Source: Planctomycetota bacterium (GTDB taxonomy: Bacteria; Planctomycetota; UBA1135; GCA-002748355). Taken from it: DNA of 64,000 nt. The notes beneath the pieces are model-generated. The model saw only the letters and a program-made list of their open reading frames with translations, searched no databases and was not told the DNA's origin. Of the stretch, positions 50,009 to 58,124 are shown piece after piece (within the stretch, counting starts at the first letter, position 1; every line of letters begins with the position of its first letter). The translations under genes and the position numbers were made by a program. The stretch is from positions 130,414-194,413 of the forward strand of contig PDSF01000027.1 of assembly GCA_002748355.1 (NCBI GenBank), given 5' to 3'.

Positions 50009-50512
50009 TCAGCGCAGCGCGCGCTGACGTGCCGCTCCATACAACGACTGAAAGGCCATTTGGTAGCCGAAGCTGGCCGCCGCAAAGCAAATGGCAAAGG
50101 CCTCGTGCTTCCCGAACTCCGCCAGGGGCCCGGCAAAAAGCACGGTGCCAAGCCCAAGGAGGAAGAGCTTCAGCAGGAAACCCAGGGCCACCGGCTGCAG
50201 AAAGGTCGTGGGCTTGGCCTTGGAGCGACAGGCACGGAGCACCCAGAGCGCCAGCAGATAGGCCAGCCCCCAGCCGAGGCCGACCCCGACAAGCCCTCCG
50301 ACCAGGACCCGCGAGCCCCCTTCCGGCGAATCCGGCCCGTAGAGGAAAAGCGCGAGCACCACCAGACCTGGCAGGACACAACCCGCAAGCAGTGCTGGAG
50401 TCGCGGAGACCGCATCGAGCCGGGCCCCCTGCTCAGCCATCCTCGCCTCTCGCTGCGCTGCCTCGGCCGCGGCCTCCACCTCCACCTGCGCTTCCGGCTC
50501 CTTCTCATTCAT
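50009..50512 (-). CDS. atpI: ATP synthase protein I-like small membrane protein
   Basis: Multi-TM hydrophobic protein upstream of atpB. Its ATG overlaps the atpZ stop (ATGA). Confidence 0.5.
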   Translation of the reverse strand: MNEKEPEAQVEVEAAAEAAQREARMAEQGARLDAVSATPALLAGCVLPGLVVLALFLYGPDSPEGGSRVLVGGLVGVGLGWGLAYLLALWVLRACRSKAKPTTFLQPVALGFLLKLFLLGLGTVLFAGPLAEFGKHEAFAICFAAASFGYQMAFQSLYGAARQRALR

Positions 50513-50985
50513 GGATTTTTCTCTCCGTCCTGCTCGTGGCGCTCTTGATCGAGGCGGCACCGTGCCTCCTCCATGAGCTCGTCCCTCTCCGCCTGCTCTT
50601 TCCGCCCAGCGGCCTGCTCGGCCTCGCGTGCCCGACGCATCGCTTCGCGCTCCCGCGCGACCTTCTTCCGCGCCGGAAAGAGTGTCCCAGGGGACACCGT
50701 CTCGACGAGATGGATGAAACCGCCAACAAAGCCCAAAGCGGCCATGACAAGGAGGAAGAGCGGCGCCGTCCCCAAGAGCCGATCGAGGCCGACACCGGCG
50801 AAGGCAAAGATCACCAGGGTCATCCCGAAGGTCAGCCCTATCCCGAGGTCATCGCGGTGGACACGATCGGCAATGGCCTTTGGCTTGCGATCCAAGTCCC
50901 CCCGGATCCAGCTCTCGACCTGAGCACGTTTCGAGCGTCGTTTGCGGATCCTCTCCACGTCGTCGTTTTGGTCTTCCTCGCTCAT
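50509..50985 (-). CDS. atpZ: AtpZ/AtpR-like (ATPase_gene1 family) membrane protein with a charged C-terminal tail
   Basis: LGIGLTFGMTLVIFAFAGVGLDRLLGTAPLFLLVMAALGFVGGFIHL is the family's typical two-TM core. The tail adds about 70 aa rich in Arg and Glu. The start is ATG 50985 or 51009. Confidence 0.55.
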   Translation of the reverse strand: MSEEDQNDDVERIRKRRSKRAQVESWIRGDLDRKPKAIADRVHRDDLGIGLTFGMTLVIFAFAGVGLDRLLGTAPLFLLVMAALGFVGGFIHLVETVSPGTLFPARKKVAREREAMRRAREAEQAAGRKEQAERDELMEEARCRLDQERHEQDGEKNP

Positions 50986-51071
50986 GGCAGGGCGCGAGCT
51001 TGCCCGCAAGCCCCGCCATCTTCATCCTCTTGCCCCCGAATTCGCAAGGAAACGCCCCGAGGAGCCCCAGC

Positions 51072-52538
51072 GTGCAGAGCCTGACCCCCCAAGAAATCGT
51101 CGCCGAACTGGACCGCTACATCGTCGGCCAGGAGCGGGCGAAGAAGAGCGTCGCCGTCGCCCTGCGTAATCGCTGGCGCCGCCGCCAGCTACCCGACGAG
51201 CTAGCGCAGGATGTCTACCCCAAGAACACCCTGCTGATCGGCCCGACCGGCGTCGGCAAGACCGAGATCGCGCGACGACTGGCAGGGCTCGCCAAGGCGC
51301 CATTCCTGAAAGTCGAAGCCAGCAAATACTCCGAGGTCGGCTACCACGGTCGCGATGTCGAAAGCATGATCCGCGACCTGGCCGAGGTCTCGGTGCGCAT
51401 GGTCCAGGCCGAACGCAACCAGGCCGTTCGAGAGAAAGCTCTCACCGCCACCCGCGAGCGCATCCTCGAAGCCCTCTATCGCCAGGAAGAGGTCGAGGAC
51501 TTCGGCGACGACATGGGAATGGCTGAGCCAGGACACATCCAGTTCGTGCAGGACGGCGGGCTCTGGCGTCCCATCGTCACCGGACCGGAGGGCGAGCTGC
51601 AGGAGGCGGAGTTTGAAGATCCCGAGCAGCTCGCCCAGCAAGAAGAGCAGCGGCAAAAGCGCGAGGCCTTGGCCCAGAGCTACGACAACGGCGAGCTCGA
51701 GGACTTCGTCCTCGAAATCGAAGTCCTCGACCGCAACAACCCGGTGCTGAGCGTCATGGGCCCGCAGGGCACCGACGCCATGGGCATCGACGCTGGCGCC
51801 CTGCAAGAGCTCTGGGGCCGTGGCGGCGGCCCGCGCACCAAGCGGCGCCGCCTCAAGATCCAAGAAGTGCGCGCCCTGCTCCTCGACGAAGAGGCGCAGA
51901 AGCTGGTCGACGAAGACGACGTGCACCAGGAGGCTCTGCGCCGCGCCGAGCAGGATGGGATCCTCTTCATCGACGAGATCGACAAGGTCGTCGGCGCCGG
52001 CAGCGGCAGTGGACCCGACGTCAGCCGCGAGGGCGTGCAGCGTGACCTCTTGACCGTCGTCGAAGGCTGCACCGTCTACACCAAGTTTGGCTACATCAAG
52101 ACCGACCACATCCTCTTCGTCGCGGCAGGAGCCTTCCACTTCCACAAGCCCTCGGAGCTGATCCCCGAACTGCAGGGCCGCTTCCCAGTGCGCGTCGCCC
52201 TCCAGGATCTGAGCGAAGATGACTTCACCAAGATCCTCACCGAGCCACAGAACAGCCTGACCAAGCAATACCGCGAGCTGCTTCGCACCGAGGGCGTGGA
52301 GCTGAGCTTCACCGAGGATGGCCTTGCCGAGCTGGCGAAGGTGGCGTTCAAGGCCAACAAAACCACTCAGAACATCGGTGCGCGCCGCCTGATGACGACG
52401 ATGGAAATGCTCCTTGAAGAGGTCAGTTTCGAGGCATCCGAGAACCCGGGCAGCACCTGCGTCGTAGATGCAGCCTTCGTCCAAAAGCGCCTAGGGGCGC
52501 AAGCGGACGACCCGGACCTAATTCGCTACATGATCTAA
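51072..52538 (+). CDS. hslU: ATP-dependent protease ATPase subunit HslU
   Basis: From the GTG at 51072 (GAGGAG SD) the protein reads (M)QSLTPQEIVAELDRYIVGQERAKKSVAVALRNRWRRRQL, collinear with the E. coli HslU N-terminus. Walker A is GPTGVGKT, Walker B is ILFIDEIDK, and the C-terminus is DLIRYMI. Confidence 0.92.
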   Translation: MQSLTPQEIVAELDRYIVGQERAKKSVAVALRNRWRRRQLPDELAQDVYPKNTLLIGPTGVGKTEIARRLAGLAKAPFLKVEASKYSEVGYHGRDVESMIRDLAEVSVRMVQAERNQAVREKALTATRERILEALYRQEEVEDFGDDMGMAEPGHIQFVQDGGLWRPIVTGPEGELQEAEFEDPEQLAQQEEQRQKREALAQSYDNGELEDFVLEIEVLDRNNPVLSVMGPQGTDAMGIDAGALQELWGRGGGPRTKRRRLKIQEVRALLLDEEAQKLVDEDDVHQEALRRAEQDGILFIDEIDKVVGAGSGSGPDVSREGVQRDLLTVVEGCTVYTKFGYIKTDHILFVAAGAFHFHKPSELIPELQGRFPVRVALQDLSEDDFTKILTEPQNSLTKQYRELLRTEGVELSFTEDGLAELAKVAFKANKTTQNIGARRLMTTMEMLLEEVSFEASENPGSTCVVDAAFVQKRLGAQADDPDLIRYMI

Positions 52539-52671
52539 GAGGACGAGCCGGGGCAGGCGCCTGGCGATGGAGTTTGCAGCAATGCCAGCGGCCATCACCG
52601 GGACAGTCCTCGCTGCGCCTGCTACCATTACTTAGCCCAGCCCGCCAATAACCCGCGCCCATTTCACGAGC

Positions 52672-54081
52672 ATGCGCTTAGGCCTCTCCCAAAACCTCCG
52701 TATCGAGCAGCGACAGATCCAGTCGCCGCAGATGATCCAGGCTATGCAGGTGCTCCAGTATCCGCTGCTGGAACTCCAAGACCGGATCGACCAAGAACTG
52801 CAGGAAAACATCTTCCTCGACGTCGTCGAGCCCGAGCGGCAAGCCGAGGAGCCAAGCAAGCAGGAGGACGATTTCGGAGACCTCGAGGCCAGCTTCCAGA
52901 CCCTGGAGCAGCTGGACGAGCGCCAGCGAGAACTGGGACGCCTGCGCACCCGCGGCAGCGCCGAGGATGCCGACGCCAAGATGGAGGCCCTGGCCAACAC
53001 TCCCGGGCGCCACGAATCCCTAGCCGAACACCTGGTCTCGCAGCTTCACCTCCTAGAACTCGACGAAGAGCTCAAGGAGCGCAGCGAGATGATCGCCTAC
53101 TCGCTCAACGCCGATGGCCGACTCGTCTCCACGCTCGAAGAGCTGGCCGAGGAGTGCGAGTGCGACTTGGATGAAATCGAAGAAGCGTTGCTCCTGGTGC
53201 AGAGCCTCGACCCAGCGGGTGTCGGCGCCCGCAGCCTCGACGAATGCCTCATGCTGCAACTCGACCGCATCCCCAACAGCCCGCCGTTGGCGCGCAGCAT
53301 CGTCGAGAAGCACCTCGAAAACCTCAGCATGAACCGCCTCCCCAAGATCGCCCGCTCAACCGGAGCGAGCATCGAGGACGTCAAGGATGCGGTCGAGTTT
53401 CTCCGCCTCAACCTCCACCCCCATCCGGGCGCGCCCTTCGGCGAGGTCATGAACTCGGCCATCTCTCCCGACATCGTGGTCGAGGAGATCGACGGACGTT
53501 TCGAACTCAGAGTCCAGCGCGGCGGCATCCCCGAGCTGCGCATCTCGCCGATCTACCGCAAGCTCCTTACCGAATCGAAGAAAGACCCCAAGGTCGCCGA
53601 GTATCTCCGCCGCAAGATCGACTCCGCCAAGTGGTTCATCGACGCCATCCACCAACGCCAGAGCACCATCGAGCGCATCGCCACTGCGATCGTCGAGAAA
53701 CAGGCGGAGTTCCTGCGCAAGGGCGTGCGCTATCTCAAGCCGCTGCGCATGCAGGAAATCGCCGACGAAGTCGGTGTGCACATCTCCACCGTGAGCCGCG
53801 CCAGCTCTGGGAAATACATCCAAACGCGGCAGGGCATATTCGACATGAAGCGCTTCTTCGGCTCGGGCACCGAAACCAACTCCGGCGAGGTTTTGAGTCA
53901 GCGAGCGGTCCAGCAAAAGCTGCAAGAGATCGTCGATAGCGAAGACAAGAGCAAACCGCTCTCGGACGATGCCATCGTTGCCCAGCTTGAGAAAGAAGGC
54001 ATCAAGATTGCCCGCCGCACCGCAACTAAATACCGAAAGGCCCTCGGCATTCCTTCTTCTGGCCAACGACGCGAATACTAA
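52672..54081 (+). CDS. rpoN: RNA polymerase sigma-54 factor (copy 2)
   Basis: Region I MRLGLSQNLRIEQRQIQSPQMIQAMQVLQYPLLEL, HTH IADEVGVHISTVSRA, and RpoN box ARRTATKYRKALGIPSS. Confidence 0.9.
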   Translation: MRLGLSQNLRIEQRQIQSPQMIQAMQVLQYPLLELQDRIDQELQENIFLDVVEPERQAEEPSKQEDDFGDLEASFQTLEQLDERQRELGRLRTRGSAEDADAKMEALANTPGRHESLAEHLVSQLHLLELDEELKERSEMIAYSLNADGRLVSTLEELAEECECDLDEIEEALLLVQSLDPAGVGARSLDECLMLQLDRIPNSPPLARSIVEKHLENLSMNRLPKIARSTGASIEDVKDAVEFLRLNLHPHPGAPFGEVMNSAISPDIVVEEIDGRFELRVQRGGIPELRISPIYRKLLTESKKDPKVAEYLRRKIDSAKWFIDAIHQRQSTIERIATAIVEKQAEFLRKGVRYLKPLRMQEIADEVGVHISTVSRASSGKYIQTRQGIFDMKRFFGSGTETNSGEVLSQRAVQQKLQEIVDSEDKSKPLSDDAIVAQLEKEGIKIARRTATKYRKALGIPSSGQRREY

Positions 54082-54150
54082 AACAAGCTAGCGCGCCTTA
54101 CTCGCATAACGCGATCTGCCCAGCAACCGGCTAGCAGCATGCTGGCCTGA

Positions 54151-55371
54151 TCAGCGCCGGAGTTCGCAGGTATCAAAGATGACCCCATGGAGGTCGCGCG
54201 CCTGCAGGAGCAAGCGTTCGGGAGTGGCGTCGACGATAACATAGCTGAAGCGCTTTGCTTTCTTCGCCAGGTTCTCGTCTTCGACCATATCGTAGAGGCT
54301 CTTACCACCGCCACCGGCAATGACATAGTTCACGCCGTCGCGCTCCTTATAGCGCTGATACGTATGGTCATGCCCACTGAGGAATAAGCGCACCCCCTGC
54401 TCTGCGAGAAAGGGATGCAGGTCCTTGCGCCATTGCACACTCGTTCGCGCCTTGCGTGAACGCGAAGCGCTCCACAGGGGCCGGTGGGTAAATACAACCT
54501 TCCACGGCGACTTCGAGGCACGCAGATGCTCTTCGAACCAACGCCGCTGTTCGCTGCCTTTCGCAAAGGAGACGCCATAGCTGGCCACGTTGAAGAAGTG
54601 CACCGGACCATGCACAAACTCGTAGTAGAAAGAATCCTTGCCACCCTTGCGAATCGGCAGCTCAAAAGCCCGAAACATCGGAGCCCCATTCTCGGTCATC
54701 GCATCGTGATTACCGATCGTCACGTGCACATCGCAGTTGGCGAAGAGTTCAGCAAACGGCGCAAAGGTCGTTACCTCGTAGTGCCGCCACTCGCCGCGAG
54801 GATAAACCACGTCGCCAAGATGCAGGAAGACCTCCGGCGCCAGAGCAGCAGCGTCCCGCCCGACCGCCCACTGCGCTGGGTGGTGCCCGACAAGGCCCTT
54901 CCCCAATGACGACAAACGGATAGGGCCATCAAGCATGAAGCCCCACCAAGGCAGGTCGCCGGTATCGCCGAAGGCAACAAAGCGCAGAGACCCGGTGCCA
55001 GCGGGTGGAGCCGTGCGGAAGCCTCCCTTGCCCACGATCTTGCCGTTGTCATACAGCTGGTAGCGGTACTGCGTGCCGGCCTCTAGTCCCGTGAGACGAA
55101 AGGTCGAACGTTCAGGGCTGCCACTAGGGAGCAGTCGTTTCCCCACAGGCCCGGTGGCATCGGCCACTTCGACACTCAGCTCACGTCGCCCAGAGGCCTC
55201 GCCATGCACAAGGATGACTGCAGAATTCTCGCTGACCTGATGCACGATCGGTCCAGAGCGAACGGGCTGGCCGGGGCGGAGAAAGAGCAGACAAATGACG
55301 AGGAAGACCAGAGAGATAATCGAAAAACGTCTCACGTGGCCATCTTGGGACAAGCAAAGGGCTGGGGCCAT
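54151..55371 (-). CDS. secreted or membrane-anchored metallophosphoesterase (purple-acid-phosphatase-like)
   Basis: The motifs FVAFGDTGD, LGDVVYPRG, GNHD and SGHDHTYQR follow an N-terminal FN3-like domain and a TM/signal helix. Confidence 0.75.
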   Translation of the reverse strand: MAPALCLSQDGHVRRFSIISLVFLVICLLFLRPGQPVRSGPIVHQVSENSAVILVHGEASGRRELSVEVADATGPVGKRLLPSGSPERSTFRLTGLEAGTQYRYQLYDNGKIVGKGGFRTAPPAGTGSLRFVAFGDTGDLPWWGFMLDGPIRLSSLGKGLVGHHPAQWAVGRDAAALAPEVFLHLGDVVYPRGEWRHYEVTTFAPFAELFANCDVHVTIGNHDAMTENGAPMFRAFELPIRKGGKDSFYYEFVHGPVHFFNVASYGVSFAKGSEQRRWFEEHLRASKSPWKVVFTHRPLWSASRSRKARTSVQWRKDLHPFLAEQGVRLFLSGHDHTYQRYKERDGVNYVIAGGGGKSLYDMVEDENLAKKAKRFSYVIVDATPERLLLQARDLHGVIFDTCELRR

Positions 55372-55422
55372 GTTTTTTCTGGGTTATCCTCATTGACCCG
55401 TTCTGCACCATCAGCAAACACC

Positions 55423-57120
55423 ATGATTCGTCTAAGCCGCCACCTCCCTCTCCTCTTCCTATTGCTCCTGGCCTACCCCGTCGCCGGTCAAACAAGCCGT
55501 TCGATCGCCACAAGCATGGGGGTCTGGCCCTTCCTCATCGGACAGGTCGACCCACAAGCCGATCGAATCATCCAACAGTGCAAAAACGCGGGACTCGACA
55601 CCATCTATTTGCACGTCTGGAGCACCCGCGGCAGCCGTAGGGGCCGACTACGTATGCGCGACGAAGCCGGAACCTGGAACCGCAGCTTCGGCGCTCCAGA
55701 AAACCAAGTCACGGTAAGCAGCTTCATCAGCAAGGCACATCGAGCTGGCCTGCAAGTCGTTGCAGTCGTGCAGTGCTACGACAAATCAGCCCTGCCTAAT
55801 AATGCTGCGCACAACAGATTCTTGACCCAAACCCTGCTCCGCTACCTCGTGCACAGTTACAAGCAGGACGGTAGCCGACATTATCCCTTCGATGGCATCT
55901 GCTTCGATTATGTCCGCTGGTTTGGCGGCAACCACACGAGCAGCGAGGTCGACGCATTCCTGGACGCCGCCCGAAAAGAGGTCGGCCCATTACCGCTGCA
56001 CGCATACGTAATCGCTGGCGGCTACGTCTTCGACGGGCCGGTATACAACGCGAACTTCAATAGCTACCAACACGTTCGCTCTTATCTGATTCGTAACCAC
56101 GGCCAAGACTGGGAAAGCATGGCCCGAAAGATCGACGTCCTGCTGCCCATGGCCTATACCGCCAACGGCCATATCTACGGCAGCAACACCGGGCATATGC
56201 AGGCATACCTCAAAACGGTCAGCAGCTATGCACGGCAAGCCGTAAACCGGGCAGGCAGCAAATGTCGCATCGCCCCGGCGATCCGCCTCTGGAACGACAG
56301 CCGCGGCACGACGACACGAGCCACGGTCGAAGCCTGCGCAAGCGGAGCTCTATTAGGTGGCGCCGACGGATTCAGCGGCTTCCGCTGGGGCACCGCCCAA
56401 AACCAAAGCAGCTGGTGGGCAGGCATGGCCAAGCACAGCCAAGCCGGCCCCGACCTACCCATCGCCGCTTGGAGTACCAGCCTGAGCGGGCGCAATCTCC
56501 TCGTCGATTCGCGCGCCTCGCGCAGCAGCGTCTACAGCCAAGCACAGCTAACGGCTCGCTACGACCTCGACGGCGACGGTGTCTTCGAGCTCGGTCCCTT
56601 TCCTCTCGGTTCCCGTACGCTGGCGCTCCCCGGTGTCGGCCCCCGAACCGTTCGGCTGGAGCTGCGTGACCCTCGTGGCGGACGCGACCTCGTCGCCCGC
56701 CGCCTCAGCGTCCCAGGCAACCTAACCCCCTTCACCCAGAACATCTCCGCCAGCAAGGGCGGCAACGCCTCGTGGAACTACGCCGCAGGCTTCGGCGCTG
56801 GCCGGCAGCTCTACCTGACACTGATCACCCTTTCCGGCAGCAGTCCAGGCACGCTCTTGCCCGACCAGCGCCGCATTCCCATCAACTTCGACGGCCTCAG
56901 CTATCTGGGCTTGCTCACTCCGAATAGCCCACCGTTCGTCCGCTTCATCGGTAACACCAACCTCTTTGGCGGCGCCAATCCCGCCTTTATCGCCGCGCCA
57001 AAGCTCTTGCCGAGTACTCTGGTCGGAACCAAACTGCATGTTGCCTGCCTGCTCTTCCGGCGTGACCTCTCCGGCATTGAGAAGATCAGCACCGTCGCGG
57101 AAACGCGCATCCTTCCCTGA
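55423..57120 (+). CDS. secreted protein: putative glycoside-hydrolase-like TIM-barrel domain plus C-terminal beta-rich domains
   Basis: Signal peptide MIRLSRHLPLLFLLLLAYPVAGQ at ATG 55423. GLDTIYLHVW...FDGICFDYVRW...LLPMAYT loosely resembles GHL10/DUF4015-type barrels. The functional call is weak. Confidence 0.45.
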   Translation: MIRLSRHLPLLFLLLLAYPVAGQTSRSIATSMGVWPFLIGQVDPQADRIIQQCKNAGLDTIYLHVWSTRGSRRGRLRMRDEAGTWNRSFGAPENQVTVSSFISKAHRAGLQVVAVVQCYDKSALPNNAAHNRFLTQTLLRYLVHSYKQDGSRHYPFDGICFDYVRWFGGNHTSSEVDAFLDAARKEVGPLPLHAYVIAGGYVFDGPVYNANFNSYQHVRSYLIRNHGQDWESMARKIDVLLPMAYTANGHIYGSNTGHMQAYLKTVSSYARQAVNRAGSKCRIAPAIRLWNDSRGTTTRATVEACASGALLGGADGFSGFRWGTAQNQSSWWAGMAKHSQAGPDLPIAAWSTSLSGRNLLVDSRASRSSVYSQAQLTARYDLDGDGVFELGPFPLGSRTLALPGVGPRTVRLELRDPRGGRDLVARRLSVPGNLTPFTQNISASKGGNASWNYAAGFGAGRQLYLTLITLSGSSPGTLLPDQRRIPINFDGLSYLGLLTPNSPPFVRFIGNTNLFGGANPAFIAAPKLLPSTLVGTKLHVACLLFRRDLSGIEKISTVAETRILP

Positions 57121-57147
57121 GCCCCGCTCCCTCCTTGCCTGACTGCC

Positions 57148-58119
57148 ATGCCCCGGCCCCATCGCCCTGCCCTCGTTCTGCTTGCTGCAGCCCTGCTGAT
57201 TCCCCTTGGACTGGTTCTGGCTCGGGGTAGCGGCGCCATCTCCGGACAGTTCGGCATGCCGAGGGGGCTATCCGTCCAGTTTCCAAGCTGCGGCCAATGC
57301 CACGACTCCTTCCCCAACAGCCGCGGCACCGTCAAGCTAGAGATCCAAAGCCCGCGCTCGATCCAGGTCGGCAGCAAGGCCCCCGTGACTCTCAAGCTTT
57401 CGGGTGGCCCGCAAAGCAAGCGAGGTGGCTTCAACCTCTTGAGCGACCGCGGCAGCTTCATCGCCGGCACAAACACCAAGCTCGCCAACAATGGCCTTGA
57501 GATCACCCACTCGAGCAGCCTGAGCCGTTCCTGGACCTTCGGCTTTCAAGCCACTCAGACCGGCCTGCAGCAATGGACGGCCGTGGGCAACGCCGTCAAC
57601 GGCAACGGCCGCAACTCTGGCGACTCTTGGGGCTTCTACGGTCTAGACAGCTCCAGCCCTGGTGAGCCCTACCGCGTCTATGCAAACGATCGCACGGTGC
57701 TCGCCTTCGGTAGCTCCTGCGCCGGCGACAAGGGCTACCAGGCCTTGCTCGGCATGCCGAAGGCTGCCCGCCTCGGCGCGAGCTTCACGACCGAACTCTA
57801 CGACGTCCCCCAGGGCAAGGTGACCCTCTGCCTCATGGGGATCTCCCGTACGCGATTTGGCGCAGCGCTGCTGCCCTTGGATCTGGGATTCCTCGGCATG
57901 AAGTCGTGCTCGCTCTACGTCTCGATGGACTTCCATCAAGCCGTCGTCACCAGCGGACAGGCCGGCCCAGGCTCGGGCCAGGCCAAGGTCACTTGGGCGC
58001 TACCGATGATCCCTGCCCTGCGCGGCAACAAGCTCTACTTCCAGCACATGACGCTCGACAGTAAGGCCAACGGCTTGGGCATAAGCATGAGTCATGCCCT
58101 CGAAGCAAGGATCCAGTAG
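57148..58119 (+). CDS. secreted protein with a single CXXCH motif and a C-terminal beta-rich domain (unknown family)
   Basis: An N-terminal hydrophobic signal, then SCGQCHD at 57289-57303, GGFNLL, and NGNGRNSGDSWGF. The C-terminus is LYFQHMTLDSKANGLGISMSHALEARIQ. Confidence 0.6.
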   Translation: MPRPHRPALVLLAAALLIPLGLVLARGSGAISGQFGMPRGLSVQFPSCGQCHDSFPNSRGTVKLEIQSPRSIQVGSKAPVTLKLSGGPQSKRGGFNLLSDRGSFIAGTNTKLANNGLEITHSSSLSRSWTFGFQATQTGLQQWTAVGNAVNGNGRNSGDSWGFYGLDSSSPGEPYRVYANDRTVLAFGSSCAGDKGYQALLGMPKAARLGASFTTELYDVPQGKVTLCLMGISRTRFGAALLPLDLGFLGMKSCSLYVSMDFHQAVVTSGQAGPGSGQAKVTWALPMIPALRGNKLYFQHMTLDSKANGLGISMSHALEARIQ

Positions 58120-58124
58120 CCGGG

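Noticed and set aside
50133-50150. Sigma-54-like -24 element TGGCAC on the minus strand (TGGCACCGTGCTTTTTGC)
   Set aside because: The GC of the -12 element is mis-spaced relative to the TGGCAC-N5-TTGC consensus, and the site lies inside the atpI-like coding region. Other TGGCAC occurrences I checked (15637, 20564, 27063, 36325, 61025) also lack a correctly spaced TTGC.
50880-51071. Upstream extension of the hslU ORF
   Set aside because: It would overlap atpZ. The GTG at 51072, with a GAGGAG SD, gives an N-terminus collinear with known HslU.
48703-52484. Long ORFs at 48703-49761 (+), 49993-51084 (+) and 51201-52484 (-)
   Set aside because: They are antisense to atpB, atpI/atpZ and hslU respectively, and each of those genes has family-typical sequence.
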